From positions 32,001 through 96,000 of IMG/VR virus record IMGVR_UViG_3300042373_001362: a stretch of 64,000 bases of DNA, one strand, 5' to 3'. A program made the translations under genes and the position numbers. Below are positions 37,034 through 46,000 of this stretch, one piece after another. The DNA comes from a virus. A model generated the notes under the pieces. That model ran no database searches, was not told the origin of the DNA, and worked only from the letters and a program-made list of their open reading frames with translations. Positions within the stretch are counted from its first letter, which is position 1, and every line of letters starts with the position of its first letter.

Positions 37034-40000
37034 ATGACGGGTACGTTTAAAACGAAAACAAGATTTTATACCTCTTCGCAATTTGTGACCCCTATTTCAG
37101 GGCGCAAGCATTTCGTTGACTCCGCTATTGATTTCAGGCGAGGCCTTATTGAGAACTCATCAATGGCCGTTCTTAATGCCGATATCGCTGTTAAGGCTGC
37201 AATGGGAGCAGGGCTCTCTTCGTCTTCTGCTTCTGTCGGTCAAAAAGCACAGGGCGGCACATCTCCCGATTCTGACGGCAAAAAGCGCGTCAACAAAGGT
37301 GGCGTTCCTGGAATGGAAGAAGACGCCAACGGCTATAGGTACATGCCTGAAGCAACATGGGGTCCAGATAAGGTCCTAAATCTTTTTCCATCTCAAGAGA
37401 ATAGACAGTCAACAGACAGAACTCCAAACTTTGGATTCATCGACAAGGGTCCAGTCATCACTCCAGAACAATACGTTCAAAAAATGGAGAACGAACCACG
37501 AATCAGGATGTCCAAATACAAAATCAACTCTAGAACTGGTGAGCCTATAGAGGACACTGAAGTTGAATTTGACCGAATGAGATTCGGAAAAACTTTTGAT
37601 ATCAATCCAGATGTATCTGATGAAATATCTGAATCAGTTTCAGAAGAAATACAGGAAAAAAGTTTAGGAAGAAGTCTTAAAGAAAGAATGCCCGGCGGAA
37701 GCCTTATCGGAAGAGCTGCTGCTCGATTTGGCGTAATTATGGATGAACTTGGGAAGATGAGATGTCCTCCAGGAACTCCAGCCGCAAACCAATTTACCGA
37801 CATGACGGGTTCAAACTGTTTTGGCACATCGCCAGGAACGTTGATATCCGAAGCAATAAACCTTGCTCAAAACCTTGTTCCAGAAGACGATTCAAGACGT
37901 TCCTCTCGCCTCACAAGAGGCATTGTGAATCTTATGTTCGACTTAGAAAACGGTTTGTTTGGCAACAACGTCTGGTATCACGCAGACGGAACAAGAATGA
38001 AGCACGGCGAGTGGCGCAAGTTTCGCGAAGCTGGTGGTGTAGCAAAAAATGAACGCTGGATGGTCAATGGTGTTGAGAGAGTACTTGCCGAATTGGACTC
38101 TCAAGATGCACGAATGGAAGACCTTTATAGCAAGCTTGGCATAGACGTAAGCGATGTCAGAAAAGCAACAAACGAAGATGTATTTGAAGCTTTTCAAAAA
38201 CTCAAAGATTCAGGTGTAATTAGAGCTCAGCTTAGGGGTAGGCCATCGGCGGCTCAAGTTGAGGCGATGATGACTGCTCGCTTGCAAAACATGGACGCCC
38301 ACTGGATAGCAAGAAGCGCTGAAGAAAGAAAAATACTACTTGATATCGAGGTTAAGCGGTATAGGGAGCTAGAGAGAGCCCACATGGAGGCTTTTCTAGA
38401 TGAGGTTATTAAAAACCCAGAGCACATGAAAACTATCGGTGACGTCACTTTTAACCCAGCCGGAAGAGACCGCGCATCGTTTGGGATATCTAGGATAGGC
38501 CCAGATGGCAAGCCAGTTGGCTCTATAAATATAGACATACCGATGTCGCTCAAGTTTCAGGACTCAATGTTGCCAAATCTTTCTCCAGATGAGAGGCTAC
38601 GCATTTGGGCCGAAGGTGGACAGTCTGAAGTTTTGAGAGCAATGGCTGTTAAAGATTTCCTTGTTAATTCTAACTCTCATGCTGGACAGATGATAGCGAT
38701 GGTTGATGGTGGTCGTGGCCTTGGTCGACACGACATGAAACACGAAATAGCCCACTCAATCCAAGCCGTTGCGATATTCAACCATATGAAGAGAGAGCTA
38801 GACGCACGTGGCTCGCTCGTTATAGACAATGGAGAAAACAAAGCGCCCACCGTAATAACGGACGTAAGTCAACTTAACTCTGACATGCTTATGGCGTTGA
38901 TGGCTAGAGAAAACTTTATGGGCATTGACCTCAACTCACTAAAAGACCTCAGGTCTAGAGGTGACGTTGTTGCTTTTCTCGCTGGAAAATATATTGACGA
39001 AGTGCAGGCTCAATACGGAGGCATGAGAAGAGCGGCAGAAATAGGTGCAGAATTATGGTCACTCCGCAGTTCTGGTTTAATTTATGGCGATGACGTTGAT
39101 GCGGCTCTTGAATATATGGATGATGTTGCTTCTGGGGCGATTACAATTGATAGGACAGTTTCGGACGAAATTTTAAACAGAAGAGTTTATGAAGAATACC
39201 TCGATGGCTCCCGAAGGATACGCGAAGCCAGGGAGGAATCCGAGAGGCTCGCTGAAGAGGCTGAAGACGGGGAGTTTTTTGACGCGGAAGGAAGGGCGTC
39301 TGCCGAAAGGCTTTCTGCTGCCAGAGAAGCATACGCAGCAGAAAAACGCGCAGAAGTAAAAGAAGTAAAAGAAGCAGCAAAAACAATGTCTGAAGAAGAC
39401 ATGATTGACTTCCTCGCCGATGCGACAGAATCTTCTGATGTTCTGACAGAAATGCTTGATTCAGTAGAAGAAGCAGGTGAGGAACCTGACTGGATGTCTG
39501 TCATGGACAGAGACACTCTAGATGCAATGTCAAAAGCGGTTGTTGATGAATGGGTAAAAAGGTTTACCGTAAGAAGAAGCCCTGAGGCTATGGAAAAGCT
39601 TCAGAAAATGATTGACGACAAGCGTGAATCAAAAGGAACACTTTCTCCAGAAAAGGTTGAAGAGCGAAGATTTAGACAGTTCATGGAAGGTGCTGCTGAG
39701 CGGGCACAAGAAATGGGCCTAGAAGACCTTGTTCAGGCATACTCTGACTGGGAAGAGCTCGCTACTGGAGAAGGCGTTGATGGCGTCGACAGGGCACGCA
39801 GAAAAGAAATGCGTGATATGTACAGGGACGAGTACATAAAGAGAAGAACAGAAGGTCCTGACTCTGTTTCCAAAGAAGACGCACGCAAAGAATTCAACTC
39901 AAAGTTTAAGACACTTCGCAAGCCAAAGACAACGGCTGCTCGCGAAAGAGAAAAAAGAGCAAATCCGAAGAAGTTTAAAACTCATAACGGTAAAGATGGA

Positions 40001-43000
40001 GCACGAACTTTTGCTACCGCAGAAAGAGAAAGACTTCTCGAAGGTGCAACAACAGAAGAAAAAATTGCTCTTGTCGAAATGGGAAGCGGTGAAACTGACG
40101 TAATCAACATGATGAATGGCAGTTCCGAAGGAATGGCATCTGCTAGAGCTATCCAGAGAAGAAACACCAGACTTAAGAAAAATGGAGTTCTTCCTGATGA
40201 ATTAAATCATCATGAGGCGTCAATAGAAGAACAGGTAGAAAACTTCTACATACCACTTCTTGAATTGATGGACAAGTCCTCCCTGTCTCAAACTGTAGAA
40301 ATGCACATCGACAGCAATGATGATGCTATGAAGTACGTGGAAGACCTTCTTAATGGCGGAAGTCCAGAATTCACTGTCGGTATTGGAACCGGAACACTGG
40401 TTACAAGCAATACAGACTTTTCAGACGGCAAAAAGATAGTTATCCGCGTCCCAGAGGGAAGTAGGGCTGTTTTCCCGGACTGGTCTTTTTATTCTGACTC
40501 CGACAACGGTGAGCAGAAAATGATGATTCCACCGTCAAAGTTTCACCTTGTTGAAATTCGGGATGACGGAACAGTCGTTCTTGAGGTTGGAGAACAAAAA
40601 GGAACCGAAGAAGTTCTCAAAGATGCGATAGAGGAGATATCCCCTAGCGCTGGTGACAGTGACTTTGCATACAGAGAAGGCCTCAAGAAGAAGGTTGGCA
40701 GGGTAGTCGACAAGAGAATTGCGGAGCGTCGCAGACAGGGTATGTTTGACCCAGAAAAGCGTTCTCCAGTTGAAGAAGAAAGATTCTCTGCTAGTGCAGA
40801 CAACGCTGCTGCTGCTGCCGGTTTTGAACCAGACCTTCCACCAAGGCCAACCACTCCACCGCCAACAGGCGATTCACCCAACAAGCAGAGAGGAGTGAAA
40901 AGAAGACAGGCTTCAGCTGCGATTGACCGCGTAGTAAATCCAAACAATAGAACTGAAGACTCATGGCAGAAGGAAAGAAGAGCTAGACAAGAGCTGGATG
41001 CAATACACGCATACATAACCGGTGAAGGCGCATATCAAAATAGAACCAATCGAGTCGGTCGTAAAATAGCTCAAATGATGGAAGAAGCCTTCGGCACATC
41101 AAACATAAACGAACTAACCGAAGACCAAAAGTACGACTTAATTGATTTAATTTCTCAAAGATTAGATGCCAAGCTAAGAATAGACAACAACGGCTCTTAT
41201 GACGACAGAAGAAGCTTATCGCAATTCAAAAGCAGAATTCAAGACCACATTGACATTTCAAAAATGCTTGATTCAAATGACTTTAGCGACCCATATGGCA
41301 GCGATGGCTATGACATCGATTGGTCATCAATAGACACAACGCCTGATAGGCCTGAAAGATTCTCTTCCGGAGCCAAATGGGGGCAGATGCCTTCTAGCAA
41401 CGAACAAATAGATGGTCTTCTTGATGCATCAAACAATGATGGATTTAATGAGATTTATGGTTCACCACAAACTCGTGAAGAGCGAATTGCTCAGATGGTT
41501 GAAATGCAATCCGAAGTTCTCACTTCATTGAGAGAAATGATTGACAATGTTCCCGGCTCTGGAGACGAATTAGGACTTGAAGCCTCAAGCATTGACCCAG
41601 TAATCATGGACCTCATCAAGAACTCATCCGACGAAGAGATATATCAGATTATTTCAAAGGCCGCTATGGACTTGCATCAAAGTTTTGACTCACGACCACG
41701 TGTACGAATGAGACAAGATGAGCTTGATAACTTCCTGAAGACTGGAAGATACGGAAGAGAGTCTTCTTTTGATACCGATGCCAATAGATTTTCTTCAGGC
41801 AGGATAAGCAAAGGCATCAGGGCTAGAGCCAAAGATAAAGCAATAGAAATGATTGCTGAAAGAATTGGCAAAGATGAGGACTCACGTGAAATAGCAGAGA
41901 TGGTCCTAGACACTGTTTCTGCTCTTAAGTACGGCCCAGAAGCCGCCCTGACGCGCTTGGCGATAGACCTCGGAAGACGAGGAAGCCGAGATATTGCTGA
42001 AAGAACATTAGAAGAACTTGTTAGTAGAGGGAAACTCACAGACGAGCAAGCGAAATCTATATTGTCAAAAATGGACAGGTTTGCCCCAGACGGTCTTCCA
42101 GAACCAATCAAGAGAGGCGTCGGTTCGGCTGTTCGTGCCGCAGCAGACGCAATCGATACTCCAGAGAACAGAGAAAGACTGGACAGGGCTCGTGAAGCAG
42201 CAGGAGAAGCTGCAGGCAGAGCCAGGGAAGCTGTCGGTGAAGGTGCAAGAAACGTAGCCGAACGAGGTCGTGAGAGACTTAGAAGACTTAGGGAAAGAGA
42301 CGACAGAGGCGAAATTCCATCTTCTCCAGAAGATGTTCCATTTGGCGACTTTGACCCAGCGGATACAATTTTTTCAAGCGGCAGAAGACTCGACAGAAGA
42401 GTTGCTAGCTCGGAAGCTGGCCGTGAAAGAATCATGGATGGGGCAAAGAAGACCAGAACAAGATTCAGCAGCGGAGAGACGCCAGAACTTAAAGAGCCAA
42501 AGAAGCCAAGCAGGCCACGAGAGCCAGATAATGGCCCCATGACTGGAAAGTTCATCGACATCTTCAAGGGTGTTAAGTCATATAAAGAGATGCTCGATAG
42601 ATACAACGAGCAAGAAGTTATCTTCTTTGACTACGAGACAACTGGCTTTGACCCCAAAGTTGAAAGACCCGTTCAAATTGGTGCAGTAAAGATGAAGGGC
42701 GGAAAAGTTGTTGAAAGGTTCAATATCTTCGTAAACCCAGAAAAAGAACTTAGCGATTGGTCAAAAGCAAACCTCGTAGATGCTGACGGTAATCCACTAA
42801 CAAACGATTGGCTAAATAATCAGCCATCAATAGCAGAAGCACACCAACAACTTATTGATTTCTTTGGGCCTGATGCACTTCTTGGTGGACAGTTCACCCC
42901 GTTTGACCTTGGGTTCCTTGAAGAGTCACTCAAGAATGCCGGAATAGAATGGACTCCTGCTGGCGTTATTGACAGCAAGGCGCTTGCAGACGAGCTACTT

Positions 43001-46000
43001 CCAAAGTGGACACCAGAAACCGGCGATGGACCATTTGCTTTGAACGACGACGGCAGTAAATATGCTACTAACAGCCTTGGGCCCCTATCTGAGTACCTTG
43101 GCGTGGACCTCAAGGCATGGCATACGGCAGATGCTGACTCTGAGGCATCTGCAATGATTGTCCAGAAGATTCTTGAGCGTGCGGCCGAAAGAGACGACAC
43201 TCCAAAGCATCTGCTAAAAGTTGAAAACATGCCTGCAATCGTCAACGAGCGTAGAGCAAAGCACAAGTTGGCAATGGATAAGTACTTTGCTGACATGAAG
43301 CAGTACAAGGCAGACATGGAAGCCTATAACGCTTCTAAATCTGACTCAGGAGGCGGAACAAGATTCTCTTCCGGCGGGAAAGCCGACCCCATGGTCATCA
43401 AGACAAATGGTCGATACGGCGACACCAGCGGAAAGAGCGATTTTAGCTCAGATGAGCTAAAGACAATAGACGAAATAACCGAGCGTCTATCCAACTCTGA
43501 TTTGAATCTGGCGTGGTTTTCGTTAGAGAACGAAGACGGAACAGCCACATCTTCGCCATTGATTAACTTTAACGGCAGGCCAATAGCTGTTGTTCGTATT
43601 GGAGAACAGAACATACCGTTTTATAGAAGTACCGGAAGTGGCGGCAAAGACCCAAGCAGGTTTGTTCCAAACAAATGGTATCCATTCTGGGGGTATAACG
43701 CGTCTGGTCAGTGGTTTATAAAAAACGAAGAAATGGAAAACTATTACGGGATACCAGAGCTGGAAGAAATATCTAAACAACTGGACACCCTTACGGATGG
43801 TCTTCCAAAGTTAAAGGCATCAACAGAGTGGCGTAGCGTCGCAAACATAGAGACCGGCCAAATGGATGATGATTTTAGAGGTTTAATAAATGGAACTGCA
43901 TTTAGAAATGCTGACTCGCTTTATAACAGACGTGACATAACAAATCACATTACTGTATCTAAGAAAAAGACGAGAGACGAAATAAAGTTAATGAAGAGAG
44001 ATGCCTTAAAGGCCTCAAGAGATGGCAATACTCCTCCAGGGGTTGATAGGTTCTCTTCTGGAGAAACATATAGAGAACTGGTTAGAACTGAAGGAAGGCC
44101 ATCAGAAAAGCAAAAAGAAGCAATTTCTGATGTTAAGGACATTCTAAGAAATAACGAGTTTGGCATTGCTGACGAGTTTGACGATGAATACGAAGTAGTA
44201 GACAGTCCAAGAAGGGCTGAACTGAAGGCGAAAGTTGCTGAAAAGATTTCAGAAGCTTTCTCTCACGACATAGAAGCAAGAGAAGATGTCGTTGTTACCG
44301 CTAAGAATGGCGAAAAAATAAACCTAGGAAAAGATTTCAAGATTGAAATAAGCGAAATATCTGTAGATGTTGACACTTATGACGAAGAAACTTTAGAAGC
44401 AATCAAAGAGCAACAGTTTTACGATACTCCTACTGGCTCAATGAGCGACTCCCCAAGCACTTTAATATCGATGAAGATATCAATAAAGCCAAAAGACGAG
44501 GAAGCAGCAAAGCGCCTTGAGCAGGCAGGTATCCCGGAGCTTCTATTGCCAGACTATTTTGACGGAACCCCAGGGGCCGACGATGTAAGGGTTGGATTCT
44601 CATCAAGAAACTTAGTAATAAATGGCAACGAAATGCATGCAACGCATGAGTCACTATTCCTCAGGGATGAAGCTCAAGGGAAAGGCATAGGAAGTCTATT
44701 CAACGCTAAGAATGAAGGAGTCTATGAAGAGCTTGGCGTTAGAAGAATCCTCACCAACGGTCAATCCTCTGAACTTGGAGAATCTGAAGGTGGAACACAT
44801 TGGCCAAGAAATGGTTTTACGTGGGCCGGAGAACAGAGCAAACAGGACTTTATTAAGGTTATAGACCGAGCCCTGAAGAGAAGAAAGAGCAAATTCTCTG
44901 AAGAAGAATACGCAAGAATAAGTTCTTTATATAGAAAGAACCCCTCAACTAGGAAGTTCGAAACAGACGCATCAGCAGAAGAGCTTGTCGATTTTGCTTA
45001 TGCAGATGAACTGTTTAAAGAACAGGATGCAAGCTTCATGTTTAAGCGCGACATTGAGCTCGTATCTGCCGGTAGTCCGAGATTCTCTTCAGGTGGAACA
45101 AGGTTCTCTTCTGGGGCGTCTGGAGCAGCAAGAGCTGGAATAAACAGAGATATATATGAAAGAGAAGGGGGCAGACCCTCGGACAAGCTGGAGCCATCAT
45201 CTTTGTTAAGAAAATCATCAGACGGAAAAGACTCTTCTGCTCTAGAAATAAATGGCAAAACATATGACATTAAGTCACTCAAAAACGAAGACGGAAACTT
45301 TTCTGTATTTATAGAAAATGAAGACGGTAAAAAAATTGCTGAGATTGTTTTAAACCAGGAGCCAACATCTTATGCATCTATAGTTTCAATATCATCGGAA
45401 GAAGATGCACAAAAAGCTGGAGCGCTAGAAGGAATTTTAGACTCTTTGTTAATAAATAATCCTGACGCAACGTTTAGGAAAACAGAAAAAACAGCAGAAT
45501 GGTTCAACTACGTAACCAATGGCATGGCTGACTATGGGCTTCAGGGAAGCAGACAGGTTGGTTTCTCCGGAAAGTTCAGCGATGGAGAAAGAGCTACACC
45601 CGATGGCGACTATACGTTAAGTTCGTTTTTAAGATTTAAGCCGAAAAGAAATTCATCTAAAACGCTAAAATCCGATAAAAATTCTTTTTCAGAGTATTCA
45701 TATAAGTGGAACGGGGAAATATTTGATATCGGAGGAGAGTCATTAGTATTTGGCGCACCTGAAGATGCGGAATTTGAAGATAGTTCTATAAAAAAGATAA
45801 ATCTGAATCCATTTGAAATACTGGGTCTTGAGCCAACTTCAGAAGAAGGCAGAGATGCTGCCATGAAATGGATGTCAGCAATACACGGCGCATCAATATC
45901 CATAATATCTGACGGTCAAGAATTTAAACCTAGCACCTATGTTAGTGCTCTTCTTTACGCCTCTTCAAAGGGGGATAAGAAAGCAGCAGAAGAATTAGAC

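Noticed and set aside
26741-40800. Near-matches RYSTSG (~26741), RFSGK (~28493) and RFSAS (~40781)
   Set aside because: Too divergent to count; left out of the motif tally, though they could be degenerate sites.
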